DNA of 55,112 bases, counting the filler, from Basidiobolus ranarum (lineage: Eukaryota), in NCBI GenBank assembly GCA_040143965.1. It is 5 parts of 5 records of this genome, joined end to end, with 100 filler letters (N's around TTAATTAATTAA, not from the genome) between each part and the next. Parts side by side here need not be neighbours in the genome. Positions count along the whole stretch, not along the records: positions 22,128 to 33,074 come from JASJQH010007527.1; positions 33,175 to 44,094 come from JASJQH010007529.1; 3 more parts are not named here. One strand, written 5' to 3'. Of this stretch, positions 24,056-35,885 are shown in pieces (within the stretch, counting starts at the first letter, position 1; each line of letters opens with the position of its first letter). The notes under the pieces were generated by a model that was given only the letters and a program-made list of their open reading frames with translations, was not told the origin of the DNA and made no database searches. A program made the position numbers and the translations under genes.

Positions 24056-27000
24056 ATGCCGAATAATACAGTTTCACAAGGAAAAGAAAAATTATTTGAA
24101 TTGAAAGGGAGTAAAAGCTCGGATAGTTTTCATAAGTCGTTTGTCAATATCCCCAAAGGAGTATTTAGCGCGTCTGCGCCAAAGGATTTGGGATTTAAAA
24201 TAACTACGAAAGAAAGCAATAGCTCAAATCACCAAAAGAAAACCTTTTACAACAGAAATGAGAGCTCCTCTTCAACCCATCTTTCAAATTTCTCTCATGC
24301 TATCAGGGAAAATTCAACTAAAGACAGCCGGCTTCCTTCACCTTTTTCTACTCAAAGACTCATGAAATCATCTAATCGAACTCTGACAAAGGTGGATAAG
24401 AATGACTCACCTCAGACGGCTGAGGAGAACAAGCGTTCAGCACTATCGCCTGAACAAAATAACTCTGATGGAAGTAACACAAATGAAGAATCAGTAACTA
24501 AAGAAATTCCGATGACTCGTCAGTATCAATCATTTTCTAAGCCATTGTTCCGAACAAAGATGAGAGATGACTCTCACCAAGGAGAAGTGCATAATATAGT
24601 CCAAGATACTAGCAAAAACATAAAAAAACCCACTGATCAGTTTTTAGACAGCCCAGCCACAAAATCACCACCATCTCAAAAACAACTCAGGCATAATCCA
24701 TTGTCAAGTATGTTTCGGTTTTTGACTTGATGCGATTTATTCTGACAGTATATATCTTTAGATAAAGAACAAAATGCGAGCCAGGAGTTTAATTTACTTC
24801 ATGAGCAACTTCATGAGTATGCTAAAGATGATTATCAATCGCCCGAGACTGAAATGGAACTGGATAAACTTCAGGATCAGAAAAAACACTTCACCTTGAA
24901 AGAGCCAAGATTCCAATATCAAATGTCCCCTCTAAAGAATGCAACCATTTCTGAATATTCGTAATTTACACTTTTTGCAATATTTTGACTGGAGTTGATG
25001 AATATCTGATGCCATTCATATATGTCATTTAGCAGCTTAGATAAGAAAATAATCAAGAACCAAGATCCAGGTCCATGGAATATCTTCCTTGAGGGTCTCC
25101 ATAAATGCAGAGCTCAAGAATCTGAACATATAGAAATAATTGATAAACTGGTCAGTTTTTTTCAACTTAAATATATCTGCGATATATTCTAACGATTTTA
25201 ATGTAGCGGAATGAACTTGCTGAAGGAAATAAGGTTACTGCAGTTCAAGGGACTATTATAGATACTTTGGAAAAAAGGATGGCGCAGTTCGCCACACTAA
25301 TAGGATTGCAACGCGTTAGATGTGATCGCAATTATGTTAGGTAAAGCGCTAGAATTCTTATTTATCCTTTGCTACAATGTAACATATGATTTTAGAATCG
25401 AAACTATGAGGGTTAATCTGAAGTCCTACCAAGTACGCTGTGTTTCTAGCTAGATCTGGCTGTAGATTTAGTATCTAAAGAGTTGTAGATTATCATTGAA
25501 AATATAGAACGATATCTGCGTGAAGAATCCGGAGAGAAGCAAAACTTACTAAAAAAAATTGAATCTCTAGAAGAAGGTTTTAAATCTCCGACCTAAGTCA
25601 TACTCTTCTAAGTTTCTCTAATTAAGCAAAATGTTTAGAACTCAGTCACAAACAAATGGAAGTCAATCGACTAACCGACACTGTTGAATCTATTAGGAAA
25701 ACCTGTAAGTACCAGCGTTTTTCAAATTAGTAATTTATATCATAATAGTAACTTTAAATTGTTAGATGATGAAGCGGCGTGTGCAAACAAAGACAAAAAT
25801 GACGCAATAACTTCCGAGCGCGAATTGTTACGCATTCAACTATCCAAATATCAAGAATTGATTGATAGGAATCAAACTGAAAAAAGTACTTTAAACGATT
25901 CAATGAACCAGGAACGCCAGAAAGTGGAAGATCAGCGATTGGAATCTGGTATAGTCACTGACCATGTACATTTTATGTCAACTGAAATGTCGAACTTATC
26001 CAATATTTAAGAAAATCAACTTGGCGCCTTAAGCCGCGAACTTACTACAAAATCTGAGGAGGTTCAGGAGCAGAGTCTTGCATTCGAGAAGTCTAAAACT
26101 GATCTGACGCTTCAAAATCAAGAAACCACTCATTTACTTAAAGATGCCCAAAATACGTACTGAACTTTGATAAATTCATCTTTCTGGTAATCAAATTGAT
26201 CTGATTTCTTTTTCAGAATAGAAAACTTAATGAAGGAGAAATCAGCTCAGCTTCGACAATTAGAGGAAGAGCTTTCCTACTCCCGAACAAGAGAGAATGA
26301 GTATAAACTAACCATTCAAGATATGGATAGGAGGTACTAATTGCGTGCTCCAACTAAAAAGATAAAGTCACTAAAGATTCGTGAATTACAGGGTAGACAG
26401 TCTTCAAGTTAGCATCGAAAAGAACATTAACAACCAGGAATCAGAGAGGCGTAGCTGGAAGCAAAACACGGATCGTTTAGAGGCTCAGTAAGCATTTCAG
26501 CATCACTAGAGGGATTCATTATATTGAAATGTTTTTAGAATCAAAGAATACGAGAAAATCATAAGTGATATAAACTTGCAAAACGAATCGCTAAGCAAGG
26601 AACTATCAGAAGCGAAGCAAAGGTTTGTGTCACGAGGAAGTACTGATAAGTATACAGCAATTAATGAATTTCCAGGATTGAAAGTTTACTATCGACCGCC
26701 TCCCAACATAAATGTGAGCATGAGCAGTTACAAAATAAGGCCCAAAAAACAATATCAAAATTACAAGAGCAGTAAGTTAAGAATATTGATTTACTTACTC
26801 TTGATACTTATTCTTGATTATTTAGAATTCAAGGATTGAAAACTAAAATGAATGAAGACTTTATAAGTCATGAAAGTCAGGCTGTTGAAAACCTTAAACA
26901 AGAGTTAGAAGTAAAAGAAAGCCAATTTGAAAAACAGCGGGTATTTTTACTGATTACACATGCAGACTAATAACCACTTTAACACATTTATTAGACAATA

Positions 27001-28605
27001 ACAGAGAAAGAGATCAAATCCCTTGAAGATCAAGTAAAGGCTCTTAATATTAAGTTGAAGGAAAGTGAGAGAAATTATTTGGAAAATTTAGAGGTTGAAA
27101 CATTATAATTCCCCATTATTTTAATGTCGCAATATTGACTATTCGTTAAAGAAACTAAAGGCTATAAATGGCTCATCACTAGAAAAACTCACCAAAACTG
27201 AAATGGATTGCAAAAATATAAAATCTGAATATCAGAATATGTGCGAAAAGAATGAAGCAAGTACTAACGAAGTAGCTGCACTGCGAAAAGAAAACGAAGA
27301 ACTCAAGGTAATAGTTCGGTTTACAAATATGGATTCAATTGTATAATGCTCAAAAATATCTAGAAAAAATTCGATCAATCTGAGCAGCAGGTGAGTGATA
27401 CTTTCAACTTATACCAGTGGATCATATTTTGACACAAACCATTCACATAGACGGTTGATACAAAACTACAACAACAAGCTCAACAGTTTGAGGATTTTTG
27501 GAGACGCGAAGAGGTAGTGAAGAGAATACTTTAATTTTCAACATATCAATCTTTTAATTTTTAATTTTTTCTAAAGAGCCAATTGAGAAATGATCTCCAA
27601 AAGCAAAGCCACCAAATTGAAAATTTGGTTAAGGAGCTTGGCAATAATCAAAACGAAAAGGTTTAATTGACTTCTCCTCTGCTCTAGATTATTACTTACA
27701 GAAGTTAGCTTTCGTTGGAGAGGGCTTTGAAGGACAGTCAGTCATCGGTTGAGACGCTCAAGAACCTATTAGAAACATTTGGCAAACAAAATGGAAATCA
27801 AAAGGTAGGCTCTCTGAAACCATTTTTTGTTTTCAAGCTTTTCTCACGATATTTTAGGTTTTGTCACTTTCTGAGATTTCAAAAGTAGGAGGTCATTCCG
27901 AACATAATGGAAATGAGGGAGTAGATACTGAAAAACTTGACGATATGACTCTGGATGTTGAGGTAAGGACGAATACAGACAGTCCAACTCACAACTACTA
28001 ACTAATTACTTAGTTAAAGAATGAAGAAAATCAATGGACTTCGCCTAGAAAAGGGCCTATAGATTTTCAAAGTGTAATATTAATTGTTTACTATTCAAAA
28101 ATTGTAGTTAAATAATCTCATCTGTCTTTACAGCGTGACGCGGCAACTGATCCGTTACTAGATAGCGTCCCTAAAAGGAGAAAGGTATGCAAGTACGCCA
28201 ATTATTTGTATTCTCAACTAACATTCCATAAAATGTAGATAACTGAGGGCCATCACGTTCTTTATCAATATGTATCGAAAACAAAACACCAAAGACCATC
28301 AGTAAAGGTAATTGTAGTTTATATACTGAAAAAAACTTGGCGGTTAGTTAATATGGCATATCATTGAGATTGATGATGACATTGACTTCAAGTCTACTAT
28401 GACAAAGGTTGCTATTTAACAGATCTAAATATAGTATCGAAATCTGCTAAAATATTCTTTTTTATATCAGGCCGACAAAGGGAAAAAGGAAATACGAGGA
28501 AAGACCAGGATTCCTACACGCAGGAGCTCTCGAGCACGAACCATCAAACAGAGTATAAGAGATAAATCTGGTGAATCCTCTACCGAAATGACATTATTTG
28601 AGTAA
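24056..28605 (+). CDS. Large coiled-coil protein of unknown family, about 25 short introns, roughly 1000 aa
   Basis: S/T/P-rich disordered first exon, many E/K/Q/L heptad-rich exons bounded by GT...AG introns of about 50-75 nt, and a basic C-terminal tail ending MTLFE* (TAA 28603-28605). The start is uncertain. Confidence 0.75.
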
Positions 28606-29028
28606 TCAACTAAATTTTGTCATCATAAAAAATCAATTTTCGATTTGAATTACGAATTACGAATTATCCTAATCAGAAACTAACAACACTTACTATGCTT
28701 CCGATGCCGAGACGTATTGCAATGGATATCTGTATCAACTTGGTTAGCTGCCAACACCATTATTGTTTAATCATTACCTTCTTGAGAAAACTACTGGGCG
28801 TTCTGTGCGAAGATGAAGTGACTCAAATTTTGGTTTCTGTTGTGGAACACCATAGAGACGTCATCATTCGTCTATCTTAAATGAACATCGTACTTGACAA
28901 CACCCTAAATAAAACCCCTTTAATGAGATGATATGCATCGTGTAACTCCAATGGAACCAATGGCTGTGAATCGAGTTAGAAAAACTAGTCATCGTGATGA
29001 CGTACTGCTTGGGCTATTCGTATGTTCC

Positions 29029-29036
29029 TATTTAAA
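29029..29036 (+). promoter_or_regulatory. TATA-like box TATTTAAA upstream of the G/Q/S/N-repeat gene
   Basis: Located about 50 nt upstream of ATG 29085. Confidence 0.4.
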
Positions 29037-29084
29037 TCCAGAATAGCAAAGTAAGGACAGCATTGCTTGGCCAATTTTTATAAC

Positions 29085-31028
29085 ATGGAAGCATTAGGAC
29101 AAGTTTTGAACGGTTTCGTGGACAACTTCCAACCAGCAATACGTGAACATGTGGATTCCAATGTGCGCGAAACGAAACAGCAGCTGATTGCCAAAATGCC
29201 CCCGGCAATTCAGGGAATTCTTGGTGGTGGTAGCTCAGGTGCTCGTGCTGTTCAGGAACGTGGATTCATTGAAGACATGATGCAAAAAGTCACATCCACT
29301 GTGGGAAATGTATTCGAGAATATCGAAGAGAAACTCACCGAAATCTCTCGAGACCAAGTTGACAGAGCTTCAACTGGAACGGTAGATTTCTTGACCAAAT
29401 CTATTGTCGCCGAATGCAAGCAAACCATATCTAGCAAGCTAGGAGGTGCTGGCACCAAAGAGGCATCTCGTAGCATTGGTGGGGAAGGTGAAAAAGAACG
29501 TGCATTAAACGCGGATTTCCTAAATCAAGGTCGTCAAACTGTCATCAATCTTGCTTTAGAGCGTGTACGTCCGCATGTTCATGAAGCCGGTCAGGAGATC
29601 TACAATAAACTGGCTGAAAATATGCCGGGAGCGGTGCGTGATGTTCTAAATCCATCGAGTGGAGGTGCTTCAAGAGGTCTATTAGATCAAGGATTTAATC
29701 AAATCATGGAAAGAGTTAAGGAAGCCGTTCAAGAAGTCGCCGGAAGAATCATGCCAACCTTTGAAAGTTCCGTAATGGAAAATATTGAACGTGAATTGAA
29801 TAATAAAGCTCCCTCACAGGATATGGTCTTGGGTATTGTGGAACAATTTGCATCTGGTATCAATATCGGTGGATTTAATTTGGGCAGTGTCGTTGGCTCC
29901 CTCCTTGGTGGACATGGACAAGGTCAGGAGCAATCACAACAATCTGGGGGTAACCAACCAGGTGGTGGTTATGGGCAATCAGGCAATAATCAGCCCAGCA
30001 GTGGTTACGGACAGTCTGGTAATAGTCAATCTGGAGGAAATCAACCAGGTGGTGGATATAGCCAGTCGGGTAATAGTCAGCAGTCCGGAAATAACCAACC
30101 TGGAGGTGGATACAGCCAGTCAGGCAACACTCAACAATCTGGGAATAACCAATCCAACAGCGGATACGGACAATCCGGCAATAGTCAATACGGGGGAAAT
30201 CAGCCCAGTAGTGGATATGGACAATCAGGTAATAGTCAATCTAGTGGAAACCAACCCGGAGGTGGATACGGACAGTCAGGTAATCACCAGCAATCTGGAA
30301 ACAATCAATCCAGCAGTGAATACGGACAATCTGGAAGCAATCAATACGGGGGAAACCAACCTAGCAGTGGATACGGGCAGTCTGGCAATAGTCAATCTGG
30401 AGGAAATCAACCAGGTGGTGGATATAGCCAGTCAGGTAATAACCAATACTCCGGAAATAACCAATCCAACAGCGGATATGGACAGTCAGGTAATAGCCAA
30501 CATGGAGGAAACCAACCCGGAGGTGGATATGGACAGTCAGGTAATAGTCAATCAGGTGGAAACCAACCCGGAGGTGGATACGGACAGTCAGGTAATAACC
30601 AACAATCTGAAAACAATCAATTCAACAGCGGATATGGGCAATCTGGCAACAGTCAATATGGGGGAAACCAATCTGGAAGTGAATACGGACAGTCAGGCAA
30701 TAGCCAACATGGGGGAAACCAACCCGGAGGAGGATATGGACAATCAGGCAATAACCAATACTCCGGAAACAACCAATCCAGCAGTGGATATGGACAGTCG
30801 GGTAATAGTCAGCAGTCTGGAAATAATCAGCCTGGAGGTGGATATGGGCAATCAGGTAATAACCAACAATCTGGTAACAGTCAATATGGTGGAAACCAAC
30901 CCAGCAGTGGATATGAACAGTCCGGCCAATCTGGAGGTGGGCAAGGACAACAAGAAGGCCAGGGCTCTAATGAATTAGAGAATATCTTAGGAGGACTAAT
31001 CAATAGTTTCACTAGTGGACGAAAATAA
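29085..31028 (+). CDS. Intronless protein with helical N-terminal domain and G/Q/S/N/Y low-complexity repeat tail (647 aa from ATG 29085)
   Basis: Long uninterrupted ORF; first ATG at 29085 (MEALGQVLNG); no signal peptide; family not recognised. Confidence 0.88.
   Translation: MEALGQVLNGFVDNFQPAIREHVDSNVRETKQQLIAKMPPAIQGILGGGSSGARAVQERGFIEDMMQKVTSTVGNVFENIEEKLTEISRDQVDRASTGTVDFLTKSIVAECKQTISSKLGGAGTKEASRSIGGEGEKERALNADFLNQGRQTVINLALERVRPHVHEAGQEIYNKLAENMPGAVRDVLNPSSGGASRGLLDQGFNQIMERVKEAVQEVAGRIMPTFESSVMENIERELNNKAPSQDMVLGIVEQFASGINIGGFNLGSVVGSLLGGHGQGQEQSQQSGGNQPGGGYGQSGNNQPSSGYGQSGNSQSGGNQPGGGYSQSGNSQQSGNNQPGGGYSQSGNTQQSGNNQSNSGYGQSGNSQYGGNQPSSGYGQSGNSQSSGNQPGGGYGQSGNHQQSGNNQSSSEYGQSGSNQYGGNQPSSGYGQSGNSQSGGNQPGGGYSQSGNNQYSGNNQSNSGYGQSGNSQHGGNQPGGGYGQSGNSQSGGNQPGGGYGQSGNNQQSENNQFNSGYGQSGNSQYGGNQSGSEYGQSGNSQHGGNQPGGGYGQSGNNQYSGNNQSSSGYGQSGNSQQSGNNQPGGGYGQSGNNQQSGNSQYGGNQPSSGYEQSGQSGGGQGQQEGQGSNELENILGGLINSFTSGRK
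29943..30930 (+). repeat. Coding tandem array of about 19 units, mostly 17-18 aa (51-54 nt), consensus SGGNQPGGGYGQSGNSQ
   Basis: Units parsed directly from the translation. Synonymous positions vary between copies while the amino-acid pattern is kept. Confidence 0.95.
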
Positions 31029-31407
31029 GCAACACTAAATTTTTGTTGTTGTAAATCATTTGTGCAATTATCCAATTGTATGTAGATATACATATATACC
31101 AATTAAAGCTATCAATCATACCAATTTAGGTTCACGATTATTCAAATATTGTCAGCAAACTACTTGGAATGTTTATCCTAAGTAGTATTTTTGATTTGTT
31201 ATTGAAGGAATGGTATACTAGACATATACATCATTACCTAATACAAAGAAGGATAGTGAAAGGAAATCTTATAACACTAGGGCGATTGTGTACAAATGAG
31301 TGAGGGGAGGCAGAAAATGGTGGTGCGAGAGAAAGGGTAGAAACGAAGAGAAAACAACGAGTAAAGCAAAAGAGTAATAAATAAATAACAGAAATCTATT
31401 CAGCAAT

Positions 31408-32717
31408 CTAAATGTCAAATAATGGATCTCCATCACCAGTATAGTCGGAGCTACGATAGCTGCCTTGTGGGCTGGAACTATAGATAGGGCTATTCATCTC
31501 ATCATCAGATAGCAGATTACCCATGGGTGACCCAGGTATGGGAGAAGGTGGGAGAGGTGTATTAACGGCTTGATTGTAATTCTGCAAAGATACAGGAGAG
31601 AGTGGCGACTGCATCATGTTACCATGGCTCCCGTTATTCAGATAATGTGGGTTAACTTGGATTTGTAAGCCATTTCGATTAAAAGGGGATACGTTGGGAA
31701 TGGCAGATTGAGAGCTGAAACGCTGATTCCCAAATTGCATATTATTAAACATATTGTTGGCCCCATCTGGTGTGGTGATATATATGGGCGGTCTATCGTT
31801 CTCTGTTTTCAGATCCAGAGTGTCAAGGCTGAGCCCTGAAGGTAGCGCTATGAACAGATGAATGAAGTGTTATAGATCATTAGACTCTATGTAAAATGAT
31901 GCAAAGAAGGTTCTTACGAGAGCCAGGGGTGGGGTTATGTTGCTGCATGTAGCCCAACATACTCTTCATCATCTGTTGCTGAATATCTTGTTTTCTTTTC
32001 GTTTCCGATAATTCACCAAATACTTCGGTAAGGTTTTGTTGAAGGTTAGCTATCTGCTGCATCATATCCGATTGAGCAACTTGCATCATGGTGATATGAG
32101 CATTCAAGTCTCCTGTTTCACGACGAAGCGTGTCAGATTCCATTGACTTTCTCTTAATATCATCAAGAAGATCGGGGCGACCTCTTAAGAACTTGGAGTG
32201 AGAGAATTCCCAAATCTGGTTTTCAGCTAGGGTACGGTGTCCTCTAGGAGATTTGTTGACTTTGTGAAAGCCATACCTATAGAAGTTGTATCTTATGAGT
32301 AAAAGAAGGCGGGCCTGATGAGTGCGGGACGGTCTCTTACATATTAAGCTGTCTGACAAAACTCGAAAAATTATTATGCTTAAAATGTTTAGGTAAAACC
32401 TCTCTCGAGAACTCTACTATATTACAGACGATAAAGGAAGTTCCAGAATAGTTCCATGAGATCAAATGTTGATACTGCTTATCTTCAACCATTCTAAAAA
32501 ACAAAAGTTAACCAGGAGAAAACAGATACAGCCCTACTTTGAATAAATAATACCCGTGCAGTTTATGAACGAAGGTATTGTTCATTATTTTTATATTGGG
32601 TGAGGAAGGGGAATTCATACCACCAGGATTTGGAGAAGGAGGAAGGGAAGATATGTGGTCATGAGAAAATTGCGGGATCTGAAAATTAGTAGATTGGTGC
32701 TGTAGTAGAGGATTCAT
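31408..32717 (-). CDS. HSF-type DNA-binding transcription factor; spliced
   Basis: HSF domain NTFVHKL|..MVED...LISWNYSGTSFIV...FSREVLPKHFKHNNFSSFVRQLNM|YGFHKVNK...WEFSHSKFLRGRPDLLDDIKRK, followed by a coiled coil and an SP-rich tail. Confidence 0.93.
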
Positions 32718-33074
32718 TATAACGTGTCTTGGGGAGTTCAAGGTAAAGACGAAAGATGGTGTTTTCAATAGTCGACACGATCCCGACAGCTCAACAGAAA
32801 ATAGATCAAGCCAAAATTAAATAAGCGAGTTAATAATTCAACTTGGCTAAAGAACGTAGGGATTTAAGTTGAACAAGGCCAGAGGTGGATAGTTAAGAGT
32901 AGATGTAGAGCGACAAACCAGATAAATATTATTAATAAATGTGCTGTTGTGGCATTGCCATTGAAATGGCTGACTTGTAACCTATCATGAGGTAGACCAA
33001 TGATCCTCTTGATTTTGGCCCTTACACAACTCTACATAGCGAATCTTAAGTTAGCGCCAATTGACACGAAATGC

Positions 33075-33174
33075 NNNNNNNNNNNNNNNNNNNNNNNNNN
33101 NNNNNNNNNNNNNNNNNNTTAATTAATTAANNNNNNNNNNNNNNNNNNNNNNNNNNNNNNNNNNNNNNNNNNNN
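33075..33174. other. Artificial contig linker
   Basis: N44-TTAATTAATTAA-N44. Confidence 0.98.
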
Positions 33175-34357
33175 TCATTTTCTACTTTGGTGAAAATCAT
33201 CGAAACTCCGTTAATGTTGGCACCAACATGAACAGAATCAGGACAAACCTGTTCTCCATATCATATTGACACCGTATCAGGTTACTCCATATAATCTGCA
33301 ATCGTATTCACTAATTATGTCCATCATTTGACCATTAAAGATGCTCAGTAGAGTGGGATGAGTAACTCCAGAGGTTCCTACTAAAGTCTCATGTAAAAGG
33401 AAGTGAGATATCTACAACGTTCATAGCTGTAATATCCTCTGCACTTGGTTTTCTATTAATTGTCACTGCTTTATGTTGAGAAATCTTTCGGCTAACTCTC
33501 ATATATGTTTGTTCTTCGCATTCTTCTGGCAAAGTCCACACTCAAAAACACCCAAATTAGGCTCAACCCTCACAAGGAGCTATTTCCCATCATAGCTCAT
33601 CAAGCCTTATGCGGAGTTGCAATTCCTGTTTTCTTCGGCAATAAATTCCGTCTTCCTACTTGATTCAGATCATGATTGGATTGATTTACCTTAAATTGGA
33701 TGAATACAGGTCCTGACGAACACCAAAAGCTAGATTCACGTTTGGTCTCATGATGGCACAATCCTTCAATAATGAACTTGGCTAGTTTCTGGCGAGTATT
33801 GATGTTCTCTTCTTGTTTTGATACATAAAAATCAAATGAACAGTAATTACCAACCAGTGTGTAGGTAATTCCTTGTACATCTTAGACGTCAATGCAATTG
33901 TATCATACTCTAGCAATATTCTTGGCATTCGAATACAAATGTTGGATATCCAATCAACAATACTTGTGAGCCCTTTTCATCGAACTATACTTAAATGTTT
34001 GATGTTGCTGTGATAAATGAATGTGGAATTCTCACCAGAACACCTCTACATATATCACAGAATTGTAAACTATGAGAATACTCCACACACAGTAAACAAA
34101 GAGGGTGGTAAAGCAAGGATTTGAAGCGTTTAGGATGAGTGATTTGCAGTTAATCTAACTTCAACTCCAATAAACAACCTAAACTTAACTGAGATAATCT
34201 TTAATGAGTTGATCAACCAAGTACATGATATACCTAGCATACGTATGAAATTGATTCTGAAGATTGTATTGCAATTCACAGTATTATGAGATACTTTAAG
34301 ATCGGAAAATCATTCTAAATCAACATACAAAATATTAATCATTTTCAGGATCCACTG

Positions 34358-34403
34358 TAAGTAAACTCCAAACATGCAAACCTAAGTAAATTCCAAACAT
34401 GCA
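34358..34403. repeat. 21-bp direct repeat TAAGTAAAYTCCAAACATGCA, 2 copies, period 25
   Basis: Copies at 34358-34378 and 34383-34403 with one mismatch. Confidence 0.8.
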
Positions 34404-35501
34404 TTGCATTCATGTCGCCAATTATTAGATACACCATTATGTATGCTTTCGCTTTTTGATTTCAAACTCGGTGCATATATAAGCTCTTTTAATGCTTCCT
34501 CTGAGCAATGGCACTGCATCAATTGATCTATATGTAAGTTGTTGTAACCCAAATATATACATATGTATTTTCCTGATAATTTCCATACTAAAAGTCAACT
34601 TTAGAGTGTGATGAAGGACTCACGATCTCACGAATTAATTTTGATATTCTATTGGGAAACCGTACCAATAACAAAACATATCAGCCATAACCGCTCATAG
34701 GTCAAGGGAAAATAACAAATACCACATGGCCGATAGATTTGAAAAACAATACTTTGGACTTGCGCACATTATTGGCACTGCATGCTGATTTTGATTTGAT
34801 TTAAGATCTGGGATATACGCTACTTTCTAAAAACAACCCATGAGTGATGTATCTTGGTATGTAGGACTGAGGTCAAGGAATCGAATTAGGGACAACTAAC
34901 TCCATCAATGCTGCAACAATCTATATTCTGCGTAGTAGTACATACGCCACCTAACTCCACTCTTCAATGGATATGTCCTAATAATTTTTGTACTTATATG
35001 CTACAAGTTACTAACGATGTATTTGGTAGTAAACATTATTTGGTTTAAGCCATACGGTTTAACACAACTAGAATTTCACTCGTTTGCACTGATATTTTAC
35101 TCAAGAAAAATGTGCCGTTCTCCACTGCCTTAAGAATAGGGCACGCTCATTGGTAAGGTTTCTAAGTAATTTAGATCCTGGTCATATTTGGTTAATACAT
35201 GACCCTACTTACCTTGGTAGTACAATTTAAGAGGCTGTATGATGATGTTACACCAATTAGTAACGAAGTAACATGGTGAATAAATATGTATGATATAAGG
35301 GAAAGAAGTATATCTTTACCTATATTTAGCCTCTGTTCGCTCACGTTTACCGAATCCCCTACGAGCCGGGTCCCAGTGCCCAGAGTGCAACTGTATTTAA
35401 AGTAAATGACGGAACAAGCATCACCATTATTGAATATTTTGTAAAAACCTTTGTCTTATATCCTCACCTTTCCCTTCCAACTATTACCGAACCAAAATAC
35501 G

Positions 35502-35885
35502 ATGCCTGCTACTCATAACCCATTATCCTACAACACCGTTGAAAGACCCAAGCGAGTAGATAGCCTACAACACCGAGAGAATGCATCGGTTAACCCATCA
35601 TGGAGCAATATTTTCTCCAAATTCATTATACGTCGAACGAAAAAGAAGTCCAGCAATAAGAAAAACTCGTATCGGACCTCAAAATATGAAAAATTAGAAT
35701 TTGCCGAAGCTAAAGCTGAACTTCAAAAGAAAGTTAATGATTTTGAAGAGATCGTCACTTACGGGTTTAGTCTCGATCAAACTGGATCTCGTCAACAGAC
35801 CATACGTTTCTCTTTGACACCAAAGAAGCTACGTCACGAACGTTCTGACTCCATGAAATATCCAGAGCTAAGCAAGAGTCTTTAG
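35502..35885 (+). CDS. Small basic uncharacterised protein (127 aa), intronless
   Basis: ATG at 35502 with TATTTAAA at 35394-35401 upstream; basic patch RRTKKKSSNKK; DFEEIV...QTIRFSLTP near the C-terminus. Confidence 0.65.
   Translation: MPATHNPLSYNTVERPKRVDSLQHRENASVNPSWSNIFSKFIIRRTKKKSSNKKNSYRTSKYEKLEFAEAKAELQKKVNDFEEIVTYGFSLDQTGSRQQTIRFSLTPKKLRHERSDSMKYPELSKSL

Noticed and set aside
29836..30978. 380-aa overlapping ORF in the +1 frame of the repeat gene
   Set aside because: Stops in the +1 frame need NTA/NTG codons (Leu, Ile, Val, Met) in the main frame. These are absent from the G/Q/S/N/Y repeats, so the open frame is a compositional by-product.
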